Assembly: GCA_035559995.1 (NCBI GenBank)
Contig: DATMAM010000009.1
Span: 3,855-67,854, forward strand
DNA from: Candidatus Acidiferrales bacterium
GTDB lineage: Bacteria; Desulfobacterota; Binatia; UBA9968
Direction: 5' to 3'
DNA: 64,000 nucleotides
Below, one piece after another: positions 45,131-53,933 of this stretch. Both the position numbers and the translations under genes were made by a program. The notes under the pieces are model-generated. The model saw nothing but the letters and a program-made list of their open reading frames with translations, made no database searches and was not told where the DNA came from. Each line of letters begins with the position of its first letter. The stretch's first letter is position 1.

Positions 45131-45994
45131 CTATCGCGAAAGCGCTTTTAGGAAAGCCCGCTTGAGGAAAACGCCGATCAGGTGGCGCTTGTAGTCGGCG
45201 CCGCCTTCGAGGTCATCGGCGAGATCGGCTTCGTCGGCGAGAATTTCCGCGGCGTCGCCGAGCTGCCTCTCCACCTGACTCCTGGGGCCGACGAGAAGCG
45301 CGTCGGCTTTATCCGAGCGCGACGGTGTTAGACACACGCTTCCGACCACAGCGCGCGCTGATCGAATCGTCTCGCCGTTGTCTTCGGTGTCCAACACCAG
45401 CGCGAGCCCCAGGGTCGGGCGCTCGTGGATCTGAAACTTGAGATAGGCGGCGCGCGCCGACGGCGCCGGGACGGGAATTTCCACCGCGGTCAAGACCTCG
45501 TCGGGAGCGAGGCAGGTTTCGTAAGGCCCGACGATAAACTCGTTCATCGCCACCGTTCTGCTTGCCGATTTCCCCTGGATCTGCAATCGCGCGCCCAGCG
45601 CGAGCAGGAGCGCCGCCGGGTCGGAGTGCGGCTCGGCGAAGCAGAGGTTTCCGCCAAGAGTACCCGTCGCGCGCACGCGCACATTGGCGACACGCGCCTC
45701 CATCTCGGCCAAAACGGGGATGCGCTCGCGCACCACGGAGGATTTCTCTATGGCGCGGTGCGTGACGGTCGCGCCGATCACGAGCTTGGAGTCGCTCGGC
45801 TCGATCCTGTCGAGGCCGCGCACAACTTTGATGTCCACGAGGTGATCGTAGCGCAGGAGATTGTGCTTCATGGCGAGCAGAAGCTCGGTGCCTCCGGCGT
45901 AGAGCCGCCCCTTTTCTCCGTAGTGAGCGAGCATCTCGCACGCTTCCGCCACATCCTTCGGCTGGTGAATCTCAAATCGTCTTAGAACCATCAT
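45131..45994 (-). CDS. Molybdenum-hydroxylase FAD-binding medium subunit (CoxM/XdhB-like)
   Basis: FAD_binding_5 (LYAGGTELLLAM...TLGGNL) plus CO_deh_flav_C. Confidence 0.8.
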   Translation of the reverse strand: MMVLRRFEIHQPKDVAEACEMLAHYGEKGRLYAGGTELLLAMKHNLLRYDHLVDIKVVRGLDRIEPSDSKLVIGATVTHRAIEKSSVVRERIPVLAEMEARVANVRVRATGTLGGNLCFAEPHSDPAALLLALGARLQIQGKSASRTVAMNEFIVGPYETCLAPDEVLTAVEIPVPAPSARAAYLKFQIHERPTLGLALVLDTEDNGETIRSARAVVGSVCLTPSRSDKADALLVGPRSQVERQLGDAAEILADEADLADDLEGGADYKRHLIGVFLKRAFLKALSR

Positions 45995-46018
45995 AGAGAG
46001 CCCTCGCCTGCGCGAAAT

Positions 46019-48319
46019 TCACCTTTTGTTTTCCTTCAGCGCGCGCCAGACTTTTTCCGGGGTGAGCGGGGCGCGGCGCACGCGCACGCCTGTCGCGGAA
46101 AAAAGCCCGTTGGCGATGTTGACCGGCATCGAGTTCAACGAGGCTTCACCTCCGCCCTTCGCCCCGTAGGGGCCCACGCCGTCCCGGCGCTCCACCAATT
46201 GCAGCTTGACCTCACGCGGCAGATCGGAAAAACGCGGCACGCGATAGCCAAGGAGGTTGCCGTTCATGAGCTGCGGGCCATCGTAGATGAGCTCCTCGAA
46301 AAGGCCGATGCCCATCCCCATGACAGCCGCGCCGAGATCCTGCCCTTCGGCCAGCGCGGGATTAATCGCAAGGCCGACGTCGCCGACCGTGGCGAGCTTC
46401 TCCATCCGGATGCTGCCGGTTTCTTCATCGACGGAAATTTCGACGCCCGTGCAGGCGACTTCCCAGAACACCGGAAGCTGCGCCAGATCGCCGGTCTTGC
46501 GCAGGTACGCCCGGCCCAAGACATCGCCGTCGGGAAGGCCGAAATAACGGCTCAGAATCTCAGCCCAGGTGAAACGCGCCTCGCCGCACTCGACGCCGCC
46601 GGAAATCGGCTTGACGTCCTCTTCTTTTGCGGAAAGCAACTGCGCCGCCATCGCGCGCATCTGCGCGATCGCCTCGCGGCTCGCTTCCAATACCGCGCGC
46701 CCCATCAGCGTGGTCGTCCGGCTTGCTCCCGTGGAGCGATCGTAGGGGGTAATCGCCGTGTCGGAGCTGACGACGCGGACTCGGTCGAAAGGGACTCCCA
46801 GCTCCTCTGCCGCGATCTGGGCAAGGATCGTGTGGCTTCCCTGCCCCAGCTCCGTGCTCCCCGTCATCACGGAGACCGACCCGTCCGCATGCACGCGCAC
46901 GGCCGCGGACGTAAGCGGGTAGGCGCCGGCGTCGCTCCCGGAGCAGCCGATGCTCCGGCCGTGATTTTTTGCGAGCGGCTTTCCCCAGTCCAGAGCGCGC
47001 GCCGCAAGCGCGAGATCTTCGGCCAGGTTTCCATCGAACGGGCGCATCTTGGGAAAAAAAGAGTCGCCCTTCTCAGCGGCGTTGGCCAAACGGAACTCAA
47101 GCGGATCCCGCCCGAGCTTGGCCGCCAATTCGTCGATCTGCGCCTCTCCGGCGGTGGTCACCTGGGCGCAGCCAAAGCCGCGAAAAGAGCTCGCCGGCAC
47201 CGTGTTGGTGTAAACCGCATAGCACTCGATCTCGACGTTCGGGATGCGGTAGGGCCCGACGGCGCGATTGGCGGCTTTTTCTGCGACGAGCGGGCTATTC
47301 TCCGCGTAAGCGCCGGTATTGAGGTAGATCTTCGCCTGGCGCGCGATGATCCTTCCTTGCCCGTCGACGGCGGTACGCATCCAGGTCAGCGCGTCGTCGC
47401 TCCGCGTGGTGAGGATCGCCTCTTCGGCGCTGAGCTGCAGCTTGACCGGCCGCCCGGCCTTGAGCGCGCAGGCGACCACGAGCGGCTCGATTTTCGTGTA
47501 CGACTTGCTGCCGTAGCCTCCGCCCACGAAGGGCACGACCAGACGGATCTGGCTCAGCGGCAGATTCAGCACCGTCGTGAGATCGTGGCGCACCATGAAC
47601 GGATGCTGCGCCGAAGAATAGATGGTGGCGCCATTCTCGCTCACCTCCGCGATCGCGACGTACGGCTCCATCGCGTAGGCGTAAGCCATCGGGAAGTAGT
47701 ACTCGCCCTCGACCACGGTCGCCGCGCGCGCGAACGCCGCCTCGACGTCGCCCCACTTGACGCGAGCCGCCTGGCAGAGATTGCTCCCTTTGCCCGCCGT
47801 GACTTCGCCCTCGAATCCGCGAAGCGCGCCGGCCTCAAACTGCCTTTCGTGCAGGAGCGGCGCTCCCGGCGCGAGCGCCTCTTTCGGCGTCAGGACGGGC
47901 TTTAACTCCTGATATTCCACCTCGATAAGCCCGAGCGCCTCGGCGGCCGCCCGTTCGTCCTCGGCGATAACCGCCGCGACCGGCTCGCCCGCGTAGCGCA
48001 CGCGCTCGATCGCAATGAGCGGATGATCTTTGACTGCGTGCCCGTAATACGGATTGACGCCCGAGACATTTTCGCCCGTGAGAACCGCGATGACACCGGG
48101 GAACGCGGCCGCCTTGGCCGTGTCGACCGAGACGATGCGAGCGTGCGCGTGCGGGCTCCGCAAAACTTTGGCGAAGGCCATGCGCGGAACGGTCAGGTCG
48201 CTCACGTAGAGCGCTCTGCCGGTCACCTTCGCTATGCCGTCGCGGCGCGGCACCGAATGATTGACGACACGGAATTCTTCGCTTCGAGGTTGGCTCATGG
48301 GCTCTTCAAACCGCCTCAA
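46019..48319 (-). CDS. Molybdenum-hydroxylase large (molybdopterin-binding) subunit, xanthine dehydrogenase/CoxL family
   Basis: Ald_Xan_dh_C/C2 architecture. Starts MSQPRSEEF/MRRFEE. Confidence 0.8.
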   Translation of the reverse strand: MRRFEEPMSQPRSEEFRVVNHSVPRRDGIAKVTGRALYVSDLTVPRMAFAKVLRSPHAHARIVSVDTAKAAAFPGVIAVLTGENVSGVNPYYGHAVKDHPLIAIERVRYAGEPVAAVIAEDERAAAEALGLIEVEYQELKPVLTPKEALAPGAPLLHERQFEAGALRGFEGEVTAGKGSNLCQAARVKWGDVEAAFARAATVVEGEYYFPMAYAYAMEPYVAIAEVSENGATIYSSAQHPFMVRHDLTTVLNLPLSQIRLVVPFVGGGYGSKSYTKIEPLVVACALKAGRPVKLQLSAEEAILTTRSDDALTWMRTAVDGQGRIIARQAKIYLNTGAYAENSPLVAEKAANRAVGPYRIPNVEIECYAVYTNTVPASSFRGFGCAQVTTAGEAQIDELAAKLGRDPLEFRLANAAEKGDSFFPKMRPFDGNLAEDLALAARALDWGKPLAKNHGRSIGCSGSDAGAYPLTSAAVRVHADGSVSVMTGSTELGQGSHTILAQIAAEELGVPFDRVRVVSSDTAITPYDRSTGASRTTTLMGRAVLEASREAIAQMRAMAAQLLSAKEEDVKPISGGVECGEARFTWAEILSRYFGLPDGDVLGRAYLRKTGDLAQLPVFWEVACTGVEISVDEETGSIRMEKLATVGDVGLAINPALAEGQDLGAAVMGMGIGLFEELIYDGPQLMNGNLLGYRVPRFSDLPREVKLQLVERRDGVGPYGAKGGGEASLNSMPVNIANGLFSATGVRVRRAPLTPEKVWRALKENKR

Positions 48320-48385
48320 CGCGGCTTCGCCTGGATCTCGAGAATAACGGGTTATCTCTCGCAGCCTAGGTGATGACGCCGAAGC

Positions 48386-48856
48386 CTATTGGCCGCTCAT
48401 GACCTTGGCCGCGCGCTGGATCGCTTTGATAATCGGCACATAGCCGGTGCAGCGGCAGATGTTTCCGTCCATGTACTCTTTGATCTCGGCTTCGCTCGGC
48501 GCCGGGTTTTCGTCGAGCAGCGCCTTGCTCGCGAGAATCATCCCCGGCGTGCAATAACCGCACTGAAAGGCAAACTCGTCGATAAAGGCCTGCTGTATCG
48601 GATGCAAGGTGCCGTTTGGACGAGCGAGCCCTTCGATCGTAAGAACGTCCCGGTTTCGCGCCTCATAGGCAAGTAGCGTGCAGGCGCTCACCGGCAGCCC
48701 GTCGACCAACACCGTGCACGCGCCGCACACCTGGACCTCGCAGGACACCTTGGTCCCGGTCAGGTTCAGCCGGTCGCGCAAGACTTCCGCCAAGGTTTCT
48801 TGCGGCTCGAATTCCACCTCCGTGGGCTTTCCGTTGAGCTGGAACTGAATCTTCAA
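48386..48856 (-). CDS. Molybdenum-hydroxylase small [2Fe-2S] subunit (CoxS-like)
   Basis: Fer2 CxxxxCxxC...C (CEVQVCGACTV) plus Fer2_2 (CGYCTPGM...CRCTGY). Confidence 0.85.
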   Translation of the reverse strand: MKIQFQLNGKPTEVEFEPQETLAEVLRDRLNLTGTKVSCEVQVCGACTVLVDGLPVSACTLLAYEARNRDVLTIEGLARPNGTLHPIQQAFIDEFAFQCGYCTPGMILASKALLDENPAPSEAEIKEYMDGNICRCTGYVPIIKAIQRAAKVMSGQ

Positions 48857-48916
48857 ATCGATCTCCTCAAAAAAGATCTTCCGTTCTGTCCGCGCTTAAG
48901 TCGAGCCCGAAACCGT

Positions 48917-49939
48917 TCAGTCGTAGCGCGGCAGGATCTCCTTCGACCAGAGCGTCATCTGCTCGAAGAGGCTCTCCATCGTCGGGTAAATGATCTTGAG
49001 CTCGAAATGCTGCACGCCGCTCTCGATAAATTCATCGACCCTGCGCCGCACGTCGTCGACCGAGCCGAAGATGTGGCGATCGAGAGCAAACTGGATATTG
49101 TCCACGTCGCGCTCGTAGCTCGTGCTGCTTTCCCGGATCGTCGGCAGCGCCAGGTTCAACCCTTCCTCGCGCGTGCGCGCGATCGTCGCCAGTTTTTCGA
49201 TCGCGATCGTGATCTTGCTCGGATCGCGTCCTTTTTCCCGCGCCGCGCTCGCGAGCAATTCGCAGCCGTGCTTCATCTCTTTGGGCGAAAGCCAGCCGGG
49301 GATCCAGCCCTCGCCGTAGCGTCCGGCGCGGATCGCGGCAAAATCCATCCAGCCTCCCACCCACACCGGCGGATGCGGCTTTTGCACCGGCTTCGGATAG
49401 ACCTCGGCGTTTTTGAAACGGATATATTTGCTCTCGTACGAGGCGAGCGGCTGCGTCCAGACGGCCTTCATCGCCTCGATGTAATGGTCGGTCCTTCGGC
49501 CCCGCCCCTTCATGGGAACGCCAAAGACGTCGAACTCGCTCGACTCGCGCGTGGCTTTGGAGCCGAGCCCGACGCCCACGATCAGTCTGCCGTTGCAGAG
49601 CCAGTCGATCGTCGCGGTCTGCTTGGCGGCATAGACCGGATGGCGGCACGGCATCACCAGGCACGCCACTCCCAGCCGGATCGTTTTGGTCTCCGCGGCG
49701 AGATACGCGAGCATCGTCAGCGCTTCGTAGAAATTCGCATCCTGATCTTCGGTGATCGCCTCGGTCGCCCCTGACGAGATGTGATGGCGGTGCATCTCCG
49801 AGCTCCAGACCACGTGGTCATGCACCCACACCGAATCGAAGCCCAACCGCTCCGCCTCTTTTGCCGCCCTGACGACATTCTCCACGCTCGCGAGCGGCCC
49901 CGAGTTCGGGACTCTGATGCCAAATTGAATTTTTTTCAT
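48917..49939 (-). CDS. LLM-class (luciferase-like) flavin-dependent oxidoreductase
   Basis: TIM-barrel LLM signature (FGIRVPNSGP...GFDSVWVHDH). Confidence 0.75.
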   Translation of the reverse strand: MKKIQFGIRVPNSGPLASVENVVRAAKEAERLGFDSVWVHDHVVWSSEMHRHHISSGATEAITEDQDANFYEALTMLAYLAAETKTIRLGVACLVMPCRHPVYAAKQTATIDWLCNGRLIVGVGLGSKATRESSEFDVFGVPMKGRGRRTDHYIEAMKAVWTQPLASYESKYIRFKNAEVYPKPVQKPHPPVWVGGWMDFAAIRAGRYGEGWIPGWLSPKEMKHGCELLASAAREKGRDPSKITIAIEKLATIARTREEGLNLALPTIRESSTSYERDVDNIQFALDRHIFGSVDDVRRRVDEFIESGVQHFELKIIYPTMESLFEQMTLWSKEILPRYD

Positions 49940-49948
49940 CGCTTTCTC

Positions 49949-50866
49949 CTAGAGGCTCTGTCTCACCTCGATCGTCTCGTATTTCAAATAGCGATCGTAC
50001 CAGTCGACGACGGCGCTTGCGACCTGATCGAAATAGTCGTTGTAGATGCCGTAGTGCGTGGTCTGCTTAAACAGGATGAGTTTTTTGGGCTCGCCGGCCT
50101 TCTCGTAAAGGCGCACCGACTGCTCCTCGGGCGTGACCGCGTCGTTTTCCACCGCGATGAAGAGCGACGCGCGGGGCGCGATCTTGTGAACGACCTCTTC
50201 CGGATTGTACTCGATGATCGCCTGCGCGCACTGGAGCGGCATTCGCTCGGGAATTTTTTCTTCCACCTCTTTTTTGATCGTTGTCGTCTTGCGCTCCGGG
50301 GTGGCCACCATGATCTCCTCGCGCGCGCTCACGATTTCGCCCGCGCCCGTGAGCACCCGCTGCTTTCGATCCTCCTCGATCCGCTTGAGGTAATCGACCC
50401 ATTCGTACTCGCGGCGCATGCAGTGCAGCCAATCGCGCCCGCTGCTGATTCCCAGATAGCACACGACGCACTTCACCCGCGGGTCGATCGCCGCCACATA
50501 AACGGCGTTGGCGCCGCCCGTGCCTCCCGACCCGTAGGTCGCGATGCGATGAGGGTCGATCTCCGGGCGCGTTTCAAGATAGGTGATGCCGTTTCGGATA
50601 TCCTCGACCTGCCAGAGCGGCATGATCCAGCCGCGATGTCGCCCTTCGCTTTCTCCCCAGCCGCGGTAGTCGAACACGAGACAAGCGTACCCGGCCTGGC
50701 AGAGCCGCTCGAACATCATGATGTAATGCCTGGCGTCTTTGAGGCCGAGAAAACCCGGACCCTGAACGATCGCCGGCCAGGGCTTTCCCTGGTCCTGGTC
50801 CGGCAAATAAAGATCGCCGCTCAGCCTGTCGCCTTCGCTGTAGAAGCTCACCTTTTCATGGCGCAT
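49949..50866 (-). CDS. Alpha/beta-hydrolase-fold protein (dienelactone-hydrolase-like)
   Basis: AIVQGPGFLG...VFDYRGWGESEG; nucleophile region ATYGSGGTGG. Confidence 0.6.
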   Translation of the reverse strand: MRHEKVSFYSEGDRLSGDLYLPDQDQGKPWPAIVQGPGFLGLKDARHYIMMFERLCQAGYACLVFDYRGWGESEGRHRGWIMPLWQVEDIRNGITYLETRPEIDPHRIATYGSGGTGGANAVYVAAIDPRVKCVVCYLGISSGRDWLHCMRREYEWVDYLKRIEEDRKQRVLTGAGEIVSAREEIMVATPERKTTTIKKEVEEKIPERMPLQCAQAIIEYNPEEVVHKIAPRASLFIAVENDAVTPEEQSVRLYEKAGEPKKLILFKQTTHYGIYNDYFDQVASAVVDWYDRYLKYETIEVRQSL

Positions 50867-50902
50867 GCGATGCTCTCCTTTTCCGCGATCGCGCGAGCAC
50901 GA

Positions 50903-51892
50903 TCACGCCCTTAGCGCCGGCAACACCTCTTTCCCCAGATAGTCGAGCTGCTGATACCAGTCGCGGAAGCGGAAGCGCAGATCGTAAACGATGTGGTTCA
51001 AGCCGTTCTTCTCGTACTCCATCGTATCTTTGACAATATCCTCCGGCCTTCCCGCCAAAAGGAGCCCGCGGATATCTTCGAAGGTGGAAAACTTGCCGTG
51101 GTTGACCCAGGTTTTTTTGCTCGGGCTATTGCCCTCGTTGATCAAGCCCCGCGTGTTAACCTTGCTGAGGGCGGTATCGAGGTCCTTGTCGATGCTGACG
51201 ATTGGAATCGCCCCGACCGTGCCCATCGGGCGGCCGCGGAGCTTGTACTGCTCGCGCAGGTAGTTCACCATCTTGATGAACGTGAGCATCGGGATACGCC
51301 CGGGCAGCCAGCCGTCGCAATACTCCGCCGCCCGCCGGCAGGAAGCCGGCGTGCCGCCGCCGTACCAGATCGGGATCGGTTTCTTGGGTTGGGGCTTCAG
51401 CTGCACGTCGGCAAAGTTGAAGTACTGATCCTTGTAGGTCACTTTCTCGCCGCTCCACAGCCGCCGGCAAAGCTCGGCGTTGATGCGCGCGAGATTGGCG
51501 CGGTCCTGTAAGCTGTTCGGGTAGCCGGCCGCGGCGAATTCGTGTGGGAACGTGCCCAGGCCGAGCCCCATGATAACCTTGCCGTCCGAGAGCGTGCTCA
51601 GGGCCGCCATCGCCTGCGCCAGGTGAATCGGGTGGCGGTGAGAAATGATCGTCCCGGTGCCGAGCGTCAACTTCTTGCAAACCGAAGAAACAGCCGCGAG
51701 CACGAGCAACCCCTCGATGTGGGTGTTGTCCTCGCCCTCCATGCCGTGCGGCTCGAAAACCAAATGGTCCCTCACCCAGACGGAATCGAAGCCGTACGCT
51801 TCGGCCTTTTTTGCTCCCTCGATGCATTTCTCGATCGACGCGTGCTCGCCGAAGTGAGGCAGCAACAAACCAAACTTCAAACTCGTAGCCAT
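50903..51892 (-). CDS. LLM-class flavin-dependent oxidoreductase (paralog 2)
   Basis: KFGLLLPHFGEH...GFDSVWVRDH. Confidence 0.75.
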   Translation of the reverse strand: MATSLKFGLLLPHFGEHASIEKCIEGAKKAEAYGFDSVWVRDHLVFEPHGMEGEDNTHIEGLLVLAAVSSVCKKLTLGTGTIISHRHPIHLAQAMAALSTLSDGKVIMGLGLGTFPHEFAAAGYPNSLQDRANLARINAELCRRLWSGEKVTYKDQYFNFADVQLKPQPKKPIPIWYGGGTPASCRRAAEYCDGWLPGRIPMLTFIKMVNYLREQYKLRGRPMGTVGAIPIVSIDKDLDTALSKVNTRGLINEGNSPSKKTWVNHGKFSTFEDIRGLLLAGRPEDIVKDTMEYEKNGLNHIVYDLRFRFRDWYQQLDYLGKEVLPALRA

Positions 51893-51923
51893 CGATGTCC
51901 TCCTTCCGTGCCGGGGATCGGCT

Positions 51924-53303
51924 TCACTTCAGAGGCGTGATGAATTTCCCGTCGCCCGGTTTTCCGATCACCCGGCCGTTTTCCATGACGGTCTTGCCGC
52001 GCACGACGGTCATCACCGGGACTCCTTTGACGCGCCTGCCGTCGTAGGGAGTCCAACCGACCTTGGTCAAGGTGGTTTTGTTCTCGATCGTTTCTTCCTT
52101 CGCCAAATCGACGACGACGAGGTCCGCGTCCGAGCCGACCTGGATTACGCCTTTTCTCGGGTAGACGCCGAACAAACGCGCCGGATTGTACGACGTGATG
52201 CGCACCACGCGGTCGAGGCTGATCTTGCCGCGATTGACCTCCGTCAGAAACAAACGCAGATAATCCTGAATTTGTGGCTCGCCGCCGGGCGACTTCCACA
52301 TGTCTTGCCAGCCGATCTCTTTTTCCTCTCGCGTATGTGGCGCGTGGTCCGTGCCGACGACGTCGATCGTGCCGTCTTCGATCGCCCGCCAGAGCGCTTC
52401 CCTGTGCTCGTCGGGCACCCAAAAGCCGAGGCAGTAGGGGCCGAGCCTCTCAACGTTCTGCCACGTCGCCAGAAAAAGCGCCCAGGGGTTCACTTCGCAG
52501 CTCACCGGCCGCCCCTCTTCCTTCGCGCGCCTGACCAGCTCCAAGCCCCCGGGCGTGCTCATGTGCAGCACGTGGAGCTTGGCGCCGGTCGCCTTTTGAA
52601 AGCGCACCAGAGTTGCAATCGCGGTATCCCAGATGATCCCGTCGAAATCGCGGTAAGCCCTGGCGTACGCCTGCGGGCTGCGGTCGCCGCGCTCCCAGTA
52701 CCTCCGCTCGATCACGTCCATGAGGTCCTGATCGTGCGGGTGCACCATCAGCGGCAAGCCGGTCTTGGCCACGGCCTCGAAGCAGCGAAACAGCTCGCCG
52801 TGATGGTGCAGTCCCAGACCCGGCATGTGGGGGTAATCGCGCCCGGTGTCGCGCACCATAAAAATTTTGAACGCCAAGCATCCCTCTTGCGCCAGCCTGG
52901 GAACTTCGTTCGGATCGGTGCCCGAGGGATTGTGGTTGAAGTCAACGACAGCTTTCTGCCTGCTGAGCTCGATGACGTTGCGAAAGCGCTCGACCGTGGT
53001 CGTCGGCGGGTTCACGTTGGGCATGCCGACCGACAGCGTCACTCCGCCCGCCGCCGCCGCCTGCGTCGCGGTGGTAAGGTCTTCCTTATGAGTAAAACCG
53101 GGGTCGCGGTGGTGGGTGTGCGTGTCGATGAGCCCGGGAATGATGACCTTGCCCTTCACATCGACGTGTTTCGCGGCTTGAGGAAATGACCCCGGAGCGC
53201 CCAACGCCGCGATCCTTTCGCCGTCGATCGCGATGTCCGCGCGGGTGAGCCCCGCGGGGGTCCAGACGTCGGCGCCTGCAAAGACGAGTTCAAATGTCGC
53301 CAT
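51924..53303 (-). CDS. Cyclic amidohydrolase (dihydroorotase/allantoinase/hydantoinase family)
   Basis: Metal ligands IIPGLIDTHTHHRDPG, carboxylated-Lys region (AFKIF), VGTDHAP and GSDADLVVVD. Confidence 0.8.
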   Translation of the reverse strand: MATFELVFAGADVWTPAGLTRADIAIDGERIAALGAPGSFPQAAKHVDVKGKVIIPGLIDTHTHHRDPGFTHKEDLTTATQAAAAGGVTLSVGMPNVNPPTTTVERFRNVIELSRQKAVVDFNHNPSGTDPNEVPRLAQEGCLAFKIFMVRDTGRDYPHMPGLGLHHHGELFRCFEAVAKTGLPLMVHPHDQDLMDVIERRYWERGDRSPQAYARAYRDFDGIIWDTAIATLVRFQKATGAKLHVLHMSTPGGLELVRRAKEEGRPVSCEVNPWALFLATWQNVERLGPYCLGFWVPDEHREALWRAIEDGTIDVVGTDHAPHTREEKEIGWQDMWKSPGGEPQIQDYLRLFLTEVNRGKISLDRVVRITSYNPARLFGVYPRKGVIQVGSDADLVVVDLAKEETIENKTTLTKVGWTPYDGRRVKGVPVMTVVRGKTVMENGRVIGKPGDGKFITPLK

Positions 53304-53333
53304 CGTGCTCGATCCGAAATTGGATAAAAAAGT

Positions 53334-53926
53334 TTATATCGATTGTCTGACGGCGGTGTCAATCGGAAGCGCCAAAAAGGTGCGCGCGGCCCGGGCCTTT
53401 GCGCCACACGGCGAGGACCGTTTTACCGAAGCGGCCGCGCGAACGCGGATCCCCGTCAAGACAAAATGGAGCAGGCGATAAAAGTGGTAGAAGACGCGAA
53501 AGATCGCGCTTTCCGAACGGCGCGCCCGCTCGGCAAAGATGATCCGGCAATCATGAGCGGCCGCGCATTCGCGCACCAGGCGCGGCACATCGGCGGATCG
53601 TCTTCGCCGTCACCGTCCATGACGACGACGGCACGGCAGGGCCGATTCGCCTCGACGAACGCCAGGCCGACGGCGATGGCGCGCTGGTGACCGAGGTTGC
53701 GCCTGAGGCCGAGGATATCCACGGTTTTGATCGCGGCAAAAGGCCCGTCGGCAAGCCTGGGCGGCGGCGGCGCTGGCGAGGCGTCGTCAACTAAGATGAC
53801 CTCCGCCTCGAGTCCATTTTGGGCAAGCTCGCCATCGAGCGCCGGGAGAAGGAGCGCCGCCGCTTCCCAGTCGTTGAAGATCGGCATCAGGATGACCAAT
53901 TTGAGGTCGCTCGACCGCCCGCGCAC
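53334..53926 (-). pseudogene. GT2 glycosyltransferase (Dpm1/GtrB-like) disrupted by at least one frameshift
   Basis: Frame A gives LKLVILMPIFNDWEAA...VILVDDASP...VVVMDGDGEDDP. The GT2 continuation DVPRLVRECAAAHDCRIIFAERARRSESAIFRVFYHFYRLLHFVLTG is in a different frame (track ORF 53334..53588). One missing base in a CCGGCC run at about 53597-53602 is consistent with the break; the C-terminal part also looks degraded. Confidence 0.5.
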
Positions 53927-53933
53927 AGCCCCT

